A stretch of 64,000 bases of DNA, taken from contig DAOPPX010000009.1 in the NCBI GenBank assembly GCA_035358715.1, positions 629-64,628 on the forward strand. Reading direction: 5' to 3'. Below, piece after piece: positions 19,967 to 29,151 of the stretch. Within the stretch, counting starts at the first letter, position 1. Each line of letters opens with the position of its first letter. Source of the DNA: Verrucomicrobiota bacterium. GTDB lineage: Bacteria > Verrucomicrobiota > Verrucomicrobiia > Limisphaerales > UBA8199. The position numbers and the translations under genes were made by a program. The notes below the pieces were generated by a model that was not told the DNA's origin, searched no databases, and saw only the letters and a list, made by a program, of their open reading frames with translations.

Positions 19967-21499
19967 ATGAAAAACCATCGAACCCCGAAGGCTTTGAAGT
20001 CGCCCCGGCCTGGCCGGAAGCGCGGAGAAGCGGGACTGCCTTCCCGCGCAGAGCCGCAGCCGGCATCGCCGGCGCCCAACCGGGCTGCGGGCGGGGCCAC
20101 CTGGCGACCCAGAATCGGGTTGCTGGCCCTGACCTTGGAGCTTTACGAAACGCTGTCCCCCGGCCGTCGAGCTTCCCGGGAAGCCTGGCTGAGAAGGGCC
20201 GTCATTCCCGGCCTGGAATCACGCGTGGAGGTCCTGTTCACGCGCGCCGTGTTTCGGCGCGAGGACATCGAAGCGACCGTTGCGGGGTATGAGGCTGCCG
20301 GGGTGGACGCCCTTTTGGTGATCCTGGGAACCTATTCTCCCGGCCAATTGAGCTTGCCGGCGCTCCAGCGCACGCGGCTGCCGATTCTGATTTGGAACAC
20401 CCAGGAACTTCGGGCCGTGGGCCCAACCTTTACGCCAGCCGACATGATTGACAATCATGGCGTTCACGGCACGCAGGAACTGGCGAACGTGCTGATGCGG
20501 AGCGGCGTCCCGTTCCATTATGTGACCAGCCCGGACAATGATTCACGGGGCATCGAGGAACTGGCCGACTTCTTCGTCGCTGCCGCCGCTGTGAAACGGC
20601 TTCGGTCCGCGCGGATCGGCCTGATTGGATACCCTTTCCCGGGCATGGGCGATTTTGCCGTGGACACGACACACCTGGCCGCCTCGCTCGGCTGTGCGTG
20701 GGTGAACCTGACCGTCGAGGATTATATCCGGCGGTGGGGAGCCGCGACCGACGGGGAAGTCTCCCGGCTCGCCGCCGAATACCGCCGCAGCTACGCCGTG
20801 GCGGGAGACGTAACCGAGGAGGACTTGCGCTGCACGGCCTCAGCCGAAATTGCGGTTCGGGGAATGGTCGCCGAGAACCGCCTGGACGCCTTGACCTACC
20901 AGTTCACGGCTTTCGGCGATGATGAACGCAGCCCCACGGTGCCCTTTGTTGCCGCCAGCCGCCTGATGGCGGAGGGAATTGGTTTCGGCGGCGAGGGCGA
21001 TCTTATCGCCGCCGCCGCCACTGCGTTTTTTAATTGGCTTAAACCGCCGGCCAGCTTCTCCGAGATCTTCACTGTTGATTTCGCAGGCGAGAGTCTTTTC
21101 CTGAGCCACATGGGCGAGGCGAACGTGGCCATGGCCCGGCGCGACCGCAAAGCGCCGTTGGTGGCACGGCCTAAACCCATCACCCGCATCCGCGGCCGGC
21201 AACTGGCACTGGTGACCAGCTTTGAGCCCGGGCCAGCCACTCTGGCCGCGCTGGCGCTCGGGCCGGGGGCGAAATGGCGGCTTATTGCCTCCTTGATGAC
21301 CGTCGAGGATTTTGGGCCTTTGCCCGGCTTTTGCGTGCCACATTTCAAACTCAAGCCGTGTTCCGGCGACGTCCGGCATTTCCTGACCGCGTATGCCAAG
21401 GCGGGAGGGCCCCATCACAACGGCGTGCTCTTTGGAGACGCCCGCCGAAGGCTGCAACGGGCGGCGAGCCTCCTCGGCGCCGACTATTTCGAGGTCTGA
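19967..21499 (+). CDS. L-arabinose-isomerase-like (AraA/FucI superfamily) sugar isomerase
   Basis: 'RIGLLALTLELYE', 'LPILIWNTQ', 'NHGVHGTQELANVL', 'RIGLIGYPFPGMGDF' and 'GIGFGGEGDLIAAAA' parallel E. coli AraA blocks (for example 'GYGFAGEGDWKTAAL'). The first ~45 codons are K/R/P-rich, so the true start is uncertain. Confidence 0.7.
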   Translation: MKNHRTPKALKSPRPGRKRGEAGLPSRAEPQPASPAPNRAAGGATWRPRIGLLALTLELYETLSPGRRASREAWLRRAVIPGLESRVEVLFTRAVFRREDIEATVAGYEAAGVDALLVILGTYSPGQLSLPALQRTRLPILIWNTQELRAVGPTFTPADMIDNHGVHGTQELANVLMRSGVPFHYVTSPDNDSRGIEELADFFVAAAAVKRLRSARIGLIGYPFPGMGDFAVDTTHLAASLGCAWVNLTVEDYIRRWGAATDGEVSRLAAEYRRSYAVAGDVTEEDLRCTASAEIAVRGMVAENRLDALTYQFTAFGDDERSPTVPFVAASRLMAEGIGFGGEGDLIAAAATAFFNWLKPPASFSEIFTVDFAGESLFLSHMGEANVAMARRDRKAPLVARPKPITRIRGRQLALVTSFEPGPATLAALALGPGAKWRLIASLMTVEDFGPLPGFCVPHFKLKPCSGDVRHFLTAYAKAGGPHHNGVLFGDARRRLQRAASLLGADYFEV

Positions 21500-21502
21500 T
21501 CC

Positions 21503-22960
21503 ATGCTGCTCGGACTGGACCTGGGCACAACGAACATCAAGGCGCTCGTCACGGACTTGTCCGGGAAGTGCCTGGCTCGCGGGGCGTCCCCAGTCCGGTT
21601 GCTGCACCGGGGCCCAGACGGTGTGGAGCAGGATCTCGAAGAAATCTGGACCGCTACTCTGCTGGCTATCAGGCAAGCCCTCCAATCGGTGGAGCCCGCA
21701 GTAATTCAAGCCATCGGCGTCTCCAGCCAGGGCGGCGCTCTCCAACTCACCGACGAGCACCACAGACCGATGGGCGGGGTTGTCAGTTGGCTCGACCAGC
21801 GGGGGCGTTCCTTCAATGCCGCGCTTACGGCCGAGCTAGGCGAGGAATGGTTCGTTCAGCGCATCGGGCGCACGGGCGCCGGACTGGCCATAGGGCAATT
21901 GTTGCGCCTGCGGCATGAGAGCCCCTCCCAGATGGCCGCGCCCAACCGCGTCGGTTTCGTTGGAGACTTGATGGTCCAGCGCCTCTGCGGCCAGGCGGGG
22001 CACGATGGCACCTCCTGCGGGCTGACCGCGCTCTATGATCCGGCGCGGCACCGGTACGCTCCCGATGTGTTACAGCGCCTGGGAGTGGCTCCCGAGCAGT
22101 TGCCGCCTTTGTTTTCCCCGCGCACCCCGGCGGGTGGCCTGGTGCAGGCGGTTGCGCGCGAGACCGGCCTGCGTGCCGGGATCCCTGTCTCGGCGGCCAT
22201 CCACGACCAATACGCCGCGGCACTGGCGACTGGCGCAGTGCGGGCGGGGACGGCGATGATCGGAACCGGGACCGCCTGGGTGCTGCTCGCGGTAACGGAG
22301 TCCCTTTCACGACCGGTGAGCGACCGGGGGTTCTGCTGCCATCATCTGGCCGAGAACCTCTGGGGCCAGATCCTGTCAATGGTCAACGGCGGTTCGGCGC
22401 TGGCCTGGGCGTTGAAGCTGACCGGTCACGATCACCGGAGCCCCGAGGAAATTGACGGGATTCTCGAGTCGGTTCCGTCGGGAAGCGACGGCCTTCAGTG
22501 CTGGCCCTTCTTCGCCCCCGGTGGCACGACCGGGCTTGCCGGGGACATGACGGGCAGATTGTCCGGCCTGCGGCTTGCGCATGGCCCGGGGCATGTCATT
22601 CGGGCGGTGCTCGAAGGTCTGGGCTGTGAACTCGCGCGCCATATCGGTGTGCTGCGCGCGGCGGGGATACCCGTCGAACGGCTGGTTTTGGGCGGTGCGG
22701 GGGCGGCCAGCCGGGTGACCCCCAGGATACTGGCTGCGCTGACCGGGCTGCCGCTGGCTTGCGCCGGCCCCGAGGGAGGCAGTCCACTGGGCGCGGCCAT
22801 TCTGGCGCGGGGGTTGATCGAGCCGACAATCCCGCTCGCGGTTTTGGCGGGGCAAATGTCGCCCGTGGGCCAGCCCGTCGAACCGGGCCCCACCGCTGCC
22901 TTTTACCGGCAACAGCTCGAGCAATACCTCGAGTCTTTGCCTCCGTCGCTTCCCACATGA
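21503..22960 (+). CDS. FGGY-family carbohydrate kinase (xylulokinase/fuculokinase-like)
   Basis: N-terminal 'MLLGLDLGTTNIKALV' ATPase phosphate-1 motif and a second actin-fold half 'GGGAGASRV'. Starts 3 nt after the isomerase stop. Confidence 0.85.
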   Translation: MLLGLDLGTTNIKALVTDLSGKCLARGASPVRLLHRGPDGVEQDLEEIWTATLLAIRQALQSVEPAVIQAIGVSSQGGALQLTDEHHRPMGGVVSWLDQRGRSFNAALTAELGEEWFVQRIGRTGAGLAIGQLLRLRHESPSQMAAPNRVGFVGDLMVQRLCGQAGHDGTSCGLTALYDPARHRYAPDVLQRLGVAPEQLPPLFSPRTPAGGLVQAVARETGLRAGIPVSAAIHDQYAAALATGAVRAGTAMIGTGTAWVLLAVTESLSRPVSDRGFCCHHLAENLWGQILSMVNGGSALAWALKLTGHDHRSPEEIDGILESVPSGSDGLQCWPFFAPGGTTGLAGDMTGRLSGLRLAHGPGHVIRAVLEGLGCELARHIGVLRAAGIPVERLVLGGAGAASRVTPRILAALTGLPLACAGPEGGSPLGAAILARGLIEPTIPLAVLAGQMSPVGQPVEPGPTAAFYRQQLEQYLESLPPSLPT

Positions 22961-24051
22961 ACCCAATCCATCTCCATTACGTTTACGATTACACCTCCAC
23001 GGATCGCGCGTTCTGGGACGAGAAGCTCGAGCCGTGGCTTCCCGCCCGCATACTGGACGCGCACACGCACATCATGGACCCGCGGTTCCGCCTGGAGCCG
23101 ATGACCGAAACCATGCGCCGGCAATACTGGGTGAACGAGGTCGCGGAGCCCATTGACGCGGCCTCGGCCGAGCGGTGCCACCAGACGGTGTTCCCAAACC
23201 GGCAGGTGAGCTGCATTGCGCTTGGCAAGCCGAGCCTGGATTTCGATTTGGACGGAGGCAACGCCTATGTGCAGGAGGAGAGCGTCCGGCGCGGCTGGCA
23301 CAGCCTGGTGGTCATCCGGCCTCAATGGACGCAGGAGAAGATCGCGGCGTTGCTCGACCTACCCGGTGTTATCGGGGTGAAGCCATACTACGCGCTGATC
23401 AGCGAGAACCGTGACACCCGCGACGCCCACCTCGAAGCGAGCATTTTTGATTTTCTGCCTCACCACGTGCTCGAGGTGGTGAACGCGCGCCGCGCGTGGA
23501 TTACCTTGCATGTGCCCCGGGCGGCGCGGTTGAGCCACCCGGACAACGTCCGCGAAGTGCGCGAAATCCGCAGGCGCTACCCGGATATCGTGCTGGTCAT
23601 CGCGCACCTGGGCCGTTCCTACACCGAGCCGCACGCGCTGGAAGCGCTGCCGCAGTTTGCCGACGACCCGGGCCTCTACTTCGATACCTCGGCCGTGCTC
23701 AATCCGGCCTCGCATCGCATCGCCCTGCAACATCTCGGGCCGCAACGGCTGCTCTACGGCTCGGACAACCCGGTCTTTTATATGCGCGGACGCCGCCAGT
23801 ATCGCGGTCTCACCTATATTAACCGGACCAACTATCCGTTTGCCTTCAACCAGGATCGCGAGCCGCCGGACATTGAGGCCGCTTACACGCTCTATATGTA
23901 CGAAGACATTTACGCCATTCAGCAGGCCTGTGCCGAACTGGGCGTGACGGACCGACGGCAGATCGAGATGATCTTTCACGATAACGCCGCCCGGCTACGG
24001 GATGGGGTTTTGGCCCATAAAGCCAAGCGGTTGCAGGGCCGAGAACCATGA
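22957..24051 (+). CDS. Amidohydrolase_2-type TIM-barrel metal-dependent hydrolase/decarboxylase
   Basis: 'ILDAHTHIMDP' metal-binding start, 'VIAHLGRS' and 'LLYGSDNPVF' C-terminal Asp motif. ATGA overlap with the kinase stop. Confidence 0.75.
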   Translation: MNPIHLHYVYDYTSTDRAFWDEKLEPWLPARILDAHTHIMDPRFRLEPMTETMRRQYWVNEVAEPIDAASAERCHQTVFPNRQVSCIALGKPSLDFDLDGGNAYVQEESVRRGWHSLVVIRPQWTQEKIAALLDLPGVIGVKPYYALISENRDTRDAHLEASIFDFLPHHVLEVVNARRAWITLHVPRAARLSHPDNVREVREIRRRYPDIVLVIAHLGRSYTEPHALEALPQFADDPGLYFDTSAVLNPASHRIALQHLGPQRLLYGSDNPVFYMRGRRQYRGLTYINRTNYPFAFNQDREPPDIEAAYTLYMYEDIYAIQQACAELGVTDRRQIEMIFHDNAARLRDGVLAHKAKRLQGREP

Positions 24052-25199
24052 AGACGATTCGTTTTGGCCTCATTGGCGGCGGATTGATGGGGCGCGAATT
24101 CGCCAGTGCCGCCGCCAGGTGGCTGCACCTGGTGGAGGTCAGCGCCCGGCCGGAAATCGTCGCGCTCTGCGACCGCGAGACTTCGGTTTACGCCTGGTAC
24201 CGGGACAACCTGCCGAGCCTGCGCCAGGTGACGGACGATTACCGGGCCCTGCTCGCCAACCCGGAGGTGGACGCCGTGTATGTGGCCGTGCCGCATCACT
24301 TGCACCAGGAGATATACTGTGCGGCCATCGAGGCCGGGAAGCATCTCATGGGCGAAAAGCCGTTTGGCATTGACCTGGCCGCCAACGAGGCGATCTCCGC
24401 CGCCATTCGGCGGCATCCGGAGGTCTTCGTGCGGTGCTCGTCCGAGTCTCCTTTCTTTCCCTGCATGCAGAAACTCTGCGAGTTGCTCGAGCAGAATGCG
24501 TTTGGCCAGATCATCGAGGCCAACACCGGCTTTCTGCATTCCAGCGACCTGGACCCCGGCAAGCCGATCAATTGGAAGCGCATCGCGCGATTCAATGGTC
24601 AATATGGTGTGCTGGGCGACCTGGGAATGCATGCGCTGCATGTGCCGTTCCGCGCCGGCTGGCGGCCCCGCAATGTGCGGGCGATTCTGTCGAACATCAT
24701 CAAAGAGCGCGATGACGGACGGGGCGGCAGGGTTCCCTGCGACACCTGGGACAACGGCATCCTGCTCATCGAGGCCACCGCGGGCGCGGACGGTAATACG
24801 TTCCCGTGGACGGTCAAGCTTCAGCGCATGGCGCCGGGGCACCGGAACACCTGGTTCACCGAGGTGCTGGGCACGCGGGCCTCGACCCGGTGGTCCAGCG
24901 CGAACCCCCAAATGCTGGAGGTCCTGCGCTACACTCCCGGCGCCCGCCAGGCCTGGGAACAAATCCAGATCGGCTACGAGTCGGCCTTCAAGACCGTGAC
25001 CGGCGCCATTTTCGAATTCGGTTTCGGCGACGCGATCCTCCAGATGTGGGCGGCGTTTGTGCATGAGCTGGCCGAGGGCAAACCGCGCGGGAAATTCACC
25101 GGCTGCGTGACGCCGGCCGAGGCTGCCGCAAGTCACCGGCTGTTCACCGCCGCTCTGGAGTCCCAGGCCCAGGCATCAACCGTAAGGCTGCAGGCATAA
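24048..25199 (+). CDS. Gfo/Idh/MocA-family NAD(P)-dependent oxidoreductase
   Basis: 'MKTIRFGLIGGGLMGREF' Rossmann start and 'AVYVAVPHHLHQEIYCAAIEAGKHLMGEKP' family signature. ATGA overlap with the amidohydrolase stop. Confidence 0.85.
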   Translation: MKTIRFGLIGGGLMGREFASAAARWLHLVEVSARPEIVALCDRETSVYAWYRDNLPSLRQVTDDYRALLANPEVDAVYVAVPHHLHQEIYCAAIEAGKHLMGEKPFGIDLAANEAISAAIRRHPEVFVRCSSESPFFPCMQKLCELLEQNAFGQIIEANTGFLHSSDLDPGKPINWKRIARFNGQYGVLGDLGMHALHVPFRAGWRPRNVRAILSNIIKERDDGRGGRVPCDTWDNGILLIEATAGADGNTFPWTVKLQRMAPGHRNTWFTEVLGTRASTRWSSANPQMLEVLRYTPGARQAWEQIQIGYESAFKTVTGAIFEFGFGDAILQMWAAFVHELAEGKPRGKFTGCVTPAEAAASHRLFTAALESQAQASTVRLQA

Positions 25200-25205
25200 T
25201 CCCCA

Positions 25206-26804
25206 ATGACTAGGCAATCCAACACGCCCGCAAGGCCCCGATTCGAGAAAGTTGCGCTCTCGCTGGCTGATCTTTGCGGCCAGGACTACATGCTGGCCCT
25301 CTGCGCCAACCAGTCCTGTCTCAGCGGCCGGGACCCGCGAGAACTGGCGCAAATCGCCACCGACCGCGTCGAGTTCTTCCCGGCGCCCTTCGAGCAGCGC
25401 CTCGTCCAGTTGCTGGCCCGGGTTGGGCAACCGGTGGGCGCTCCCCTGCCGGTGACTCCTGCGGGGGCCACCACGCGCCAGTTTGCCGAGCACTCAAACA
25501 CTAGAATGGCCCCCCTGGGCGCGCATGGGTATTTTCGCATCGGCGAAGACGGGAAGCTTTACCTCATCACGAAGAGTGAACATTACCACGCCCCGCTCGG
25601 ACACTCTTTCCCCGGCTACGGCCTGATTGATCGGGCCCGTCAACTTGGGATTCCGAATGCCACCCACAATAACACACGAGGTTCTATCACGCGGCGACTC
25701 GAGGAGGAACTCGTTTGCCGGGCCAATGGCGTGGATATCGGCGATATGGGAGCGCTGAAGGCACTGCTGGCCTCCTCTTCATCCGAAGTGCTGAACCGGG
25801 TCTTGAACCTGGAAACCGGCAGCCTGGCGGTCGAAGCCGCGCTCAAATTGGTGCTCGCGCGCTTCTACCGCTCCGAGGCAACCAGTCCGCAGCCCAAGTA
25901 TGGCGGCCGTATCCCGGTGCTGCTGGTCATGGGGGACGACGATGGCGGCCTGAAAGCCAATTACCACGGCACGACAATGCTCACGCAGATCATGCGCGGC
26001 ATGTGGCCGGAGTTGTTCGCCGGCATCCAGGAACGGGGTTTCCGGGTGGTTCCCATCCGGCCCAACTGCATCCCGGACCTCGAGACCGCATTCAAGGATT
26101 ACGAGCGGGACGGCTTCAAGATCGCGGCCTTCTTCCATGAAATCGTGATGATGAACTACGGCGGGCGGCTGCTCTCGCGGGAGTTCCTACAGCGCGCCTA
26201 CGACTTGTGCCGGAGCCATGACGTTCCCGCGGTGGTGGACGAGATTCAGTCCTGCCTTTGGGCGCCCGGATTGTTCCTGTTTCGCGAGTATGGGCTGCGG
26301 CCCTCCTTCGTCGCCCTCGGCAAAGGTTTCCCGGGCGGCGAATATGCCGCCTCCCGAATCCTGTTTAGCGCCGCCTTTGATTCCCTGGCTCAATTTGGAG
26401 CCCTGGTTACCAACGGCCAGGAGGAGCTGGCCTCGCTGGCTTACCTCGTAACGATGCGCTGGGCGGAAGCGAACACGGAGGTGACGCGAAGCGTGGGCGA
26501 CTACTACGCCTGCCGCCTGCAGGGCTTGGCGGAACAGTTCCCCGGAGCGCTCGCGGGCGTGGACGGTTCCCGGCATATGAGCTGCCTGCGGTTCAAGGAC
26601 AAACGGGGCGCGGCGGCGTTCGTCGGGCGGCTCCTGGAGCGCGGACTCGACGCCAGCATGCAGTCCTACAAACCGGATGCGCCGCCGGTGGTGCTCACGA
26701 AGCTGCCCCTCATTGCGGGATACGAGGTGGTGGATTTTGTCCTGGACCGGATGGAAGGCGCTCTGCGCGAAACGGGCGGTGCGGTCCCGACCACCACGCC
26801 CTGA
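25206..26804 (+). CDS. Class-III (ornithine/GABA-type) PLP aminotransferase-fold protein with ~100-aa N-terminal extension
   Basis: 'AAFFHEIVMMNYGG', 'VVDEIQSC...' and 'FVALGKGFPGGEYAAS' (Schiff-base Lys context) follow the class-III pattern. Confidence 0.7.
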   Translation: MTRQSNTPARPRFEKVALSLADLCGQDYMLALCANQSCLSGRDPRELAQIATDRVEFFPAPFEQRLVQLLARVGQPVGAPLPVTPAGATTRQFAEHSNTRMAPLGAHGYFRIGEDGKLYLITKSEHYHAPLGHSFPGYGLIDRARQLGIPNATHNNTRGSITRRLEEELVCRANGVDIGDMGALKALLASSSSEVLNRVLNLETGSLAVEAALKLVLARFYRSEATSPQPKYGGRIPVLLVMGDDDGGLKANYHGTTMLTQIMRGMWPELFAGIQERGFRVVPIRPNCIPDLETAFKDYERDGFKIAAFFHEIVMMNYGGRLLSREFLQRAYDLCRSHDVPAVVDEIQSCLWAPGLFLFREYGLRPSFVALGKGFPGGEYAASRILFSAAFDSLAQFGALVTNGQEELASLAYLVTMRWAEANTEVTRSVGDYYACRLQGLAEQFPGALAGVDGSRHMSCLRFKDKRGAAAFVGRLLERGLDASMQSYKPDAPPVVLTKLPLIAGYEVVDFVLDRMEGALRETGGAVPTTTP

Positions 26805-26847
26805 ACCGCCCCACCGGGACCCGAACCAATCCTGCGCCTTGCCGAAT

Positions 26848-29121
26848 ATGAGAGAGGCCATCCGGATCGAAAACGCCCGGGTCCATAATCTTAAAGGCAT
26901 AAACCTGAGCATCCCGCGCGACCGGGTGGTCGTGTTCACGGGGGTCTCCGGCTCGGGCAAATCGTCCCTGGTGTTTGACACGCTGCACACCGAGGCGCAA
27001 CGGCAGTTGATCGAGACCTTCAGCTCGTTTGCCCGGCGGCGGCTGCCTAAGCTCTCGCGGCCCGAGGTGGACGCCATCCACAACCTCTCGACCTCGATTG
27101 TGATTGACCAGCACCGGCTGGGCCGCACTCTGCGCTCGACGGTGGGGACGGCCACGGAAGTCTATACCTACCTGCGGCTGCTGTATTCGCGCTGCGGCGA
27201 CACGCCGGGGCTGGCTTCCTTTCACTTTGGCTTCAACCATCCCGAGGGCATGTGCCCGGCTTGCATGGGGCTCGGCAAACGAATCCAGGTGGACACCGGG
27301 CGGATGCTGGACAAGGCGAAGTCCCTCCGGGACGGCGCCATCACCCACCCTGATTACCGGGTCGGCGGCTGGAACTGGCGGGAGCTGGTTGCCATTGACA
27401 TGTTCGACGCCGACAAGCCCTTGCGCGAATTCACCCCTGCGGAGCTGGAGAAGCTGCTGTTCGCGGAAGGCCTCCCGATCGTTAAGAAACATGGAGCCGG
27501 CACTTATGCCAAGACGTGGGTCGGAATTGCCCGGCGCCTGGAGCGTCTCTACGTCAACAGGGCGGAGGATGAACTGTCGGAGAGCCGCCGCGACGCCTAC
27601 CACCAGTATCTGTCCTACGGCGAGTGCACCGCCTGCGGGGGGTTGCGGCTCGCCCCTGCGCGGCTGGCCGTTCGGCTGGCCGGCAAGGGCATTGGGGAAG
27701 CTGTTCAAATGGAGCTGACCGATCTCGACGGGTGGCTGGGCACGATTACGAGCCCGGTGGCGGCGCCGCTGGTTCAGAAGATGCGCAGCATCCTGTCGAA
27801 CCTCATCGGTATCGGCGTCGGTTACCTCTCGCTCAACCGGGCGGTGGCGACGCTTTCCGGCGGCGAAAGCCAGCGCATCAAGATGGCCCGCCAGCTCGAT
27901 TGTGACCTGATTGGCCTCATGTATGTAATGGATGAGCCTTCGATCGGCCTGCATGCCCGGGATATTGACCAGCTCATCGCCATGCTCGAGCACCTCCGCG
28001 ACCAGGGCAACTCGGTGCTCGTCGTCGAGCATGACCCGGCGATCATTGCCTCGGGTGATTATATCGTGGAAATCGGGCCGGGGCCGGGCCGCCAGGGCGG
28101 CGAGGTCTGCTTCGCCGGGGAGCGCGCCGCCTTCCTGCAGTCCGGCTGCCGCACCGCCACGCTGATGCGCCAGGGGCACATCCCGCTCGGTGCGCCCCGG
28201 CGCAACTGGAGCCAGAGCTGGCCGATCCGCGGAGCCCGGGCCAACAACCTGAGAAACGTGGACGTGGACATCCCGCAGCGTGTGCTGGTGTGCGTTACCG
28301 GCGTGGCCGGCAGCGGCAAAAGCAGCCTCGTGCACGAGGTGTTCGTGCCCCTGGTCCCAAGCGCCGTGGTGGTGGACCAGAACCTCATCGGGTGCAACAG
28401 CCGATCCAATCCCGCCACCTTCCTGGGCGTGTTCGACGACGTGCGCCGGGTCTTCGCCCGCGCCACCGGCAAGCCGGCTTCGTGGTTCAGCTACAATTCC
28501 GAAGGCGCCTGCCCGGCCTGCAAAGGGCAGGGCACCATTGCGGTCGAAATGCATTTTTTGGATGACGTGCGCATCCTGTGCTCCGCCTGCAACGGGCAGC
28601 GTTACACGGATGAAGTGCTGGCGCTCCGCTGCCAGGGCCACAACATCCATGAGGTGCTGGCGATGACCGCGCAGGAAGCCGCCGCCGCCTTCACCCAGCC
28701 GCGCGTGAAGGCAGCGCTGCGGCTGCTGTGCGAGGTGGGGCTGGATTACCTCACCCTGGGCCAGCCGCTTACGACGCTCTCCGGCGGCGAATGCCAGCGG
28801 TTGAAGCTGGCGGCGGAACTGGGCAAGGCCGGCCAAACCTACATTCTCGACGAGCCGACCACCGGCCTGCACCTGGCGGACATCAGCCGGCTGATGGGCA
28901 TACTCAACCGGCTGGTCCAGGACGGCAACTCGGTAATCGTGATCGAACACAACCTGAGCGTCATCGCCCAGGCCGACTGGGTGATTGACCTCGGCCCCGA
29001 AGGCGGCAGCCGCGGCGGACGCGTGCTGGCCGTCGGCACACCCGAGCAGATCGCCCAATGCCCGGAAAGCCATACCGGCCGATATCTCAAGGCAATGATC
29101 CCACGATCCGGTGTTGGCTAA
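26848..29121 (+). CDS. Short UvrA paralog (UvrA2/DrrC-like ABC ATPase, ~757 aa, lacks the UvrB-binding region)
   Basis: 'ARVHNLKGINLSIPRDRVVVFTGVSGSGKSSL'. Two ABC signature motifs, 'LSGGESQRIKMA' and 'LSGGECQRLKLA'. Zn modules 'CPACMGLG', 'CTACGG', 'CPACKGQG' and 'CSACNGQRY'. Length is about 180 aa short of canonical UvrA. Confidence 0.9.
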   Translation: MREAIRIENARVHNLKGINLSIPRDRVVVFTGVSGSGKSSLVFDTLHTEAQRQLIETFSSFARRRLPKLSRPEVDAIHNLSTSIVIDQHRLGRTLRSTVGTATEVYTYLRLLYSRCGDTPGLASFHFGFNHPEGMCPACMGLGKRIQVDTGRMLDKAKSLRDGAITHPDYRVGGWNWRELVAIDMFDADKPLREFTPAELEKLLFAEGLPIVKKHGAGTYAKTWVGIARRLERLYVNRAEDELSESRRDAYHQYLSYGECTACGGLRLAPARLAVRLAGKGIGEAVQMELTDLDGWLGTITSPVAAPLVQKMRSILSNLIGIGVGYLSLNRAVATLSGGESQRIKMARQLDCDLIGLMYVMDEPSIGLHARDIDQLIAMLEHLRDQGNSVLVVEHDPAIIASGDYIVEIGPGPGRQGGEVCFAGERAAFLQSGCRTATLMRQGHIPLGAPRRNWSQSWPIRGARANNLRNVDVDIPQRVLVCVTGVAGSGKSSLVHEVFVPLVPSAVVVDQNLIGCNSRSNPATFLGVFDDVRRVFARATGKPASWFSYNSEGACPACKGQGTIAVEMHFLDDVRILCSACNGQRYTDEVLALRCQGHNIHEVLAMTAQEAAAAFTQPRVKAALRLLCEVGLDYLTLGQPLTTLSGGECQRLKLAAELGKAGQTYILDEPTTGLHLADISRLMGILNRLVQDGNSVIVIEHNLSVIAQADWVIDLGPEGGSRGGRVLAVGTPEQIAQCPESHTGRYLKAMIPRSGVG

Positions 29122-29151
29122 GAGCCGGAGTCTGTCATAGTCTAAGCAGCT

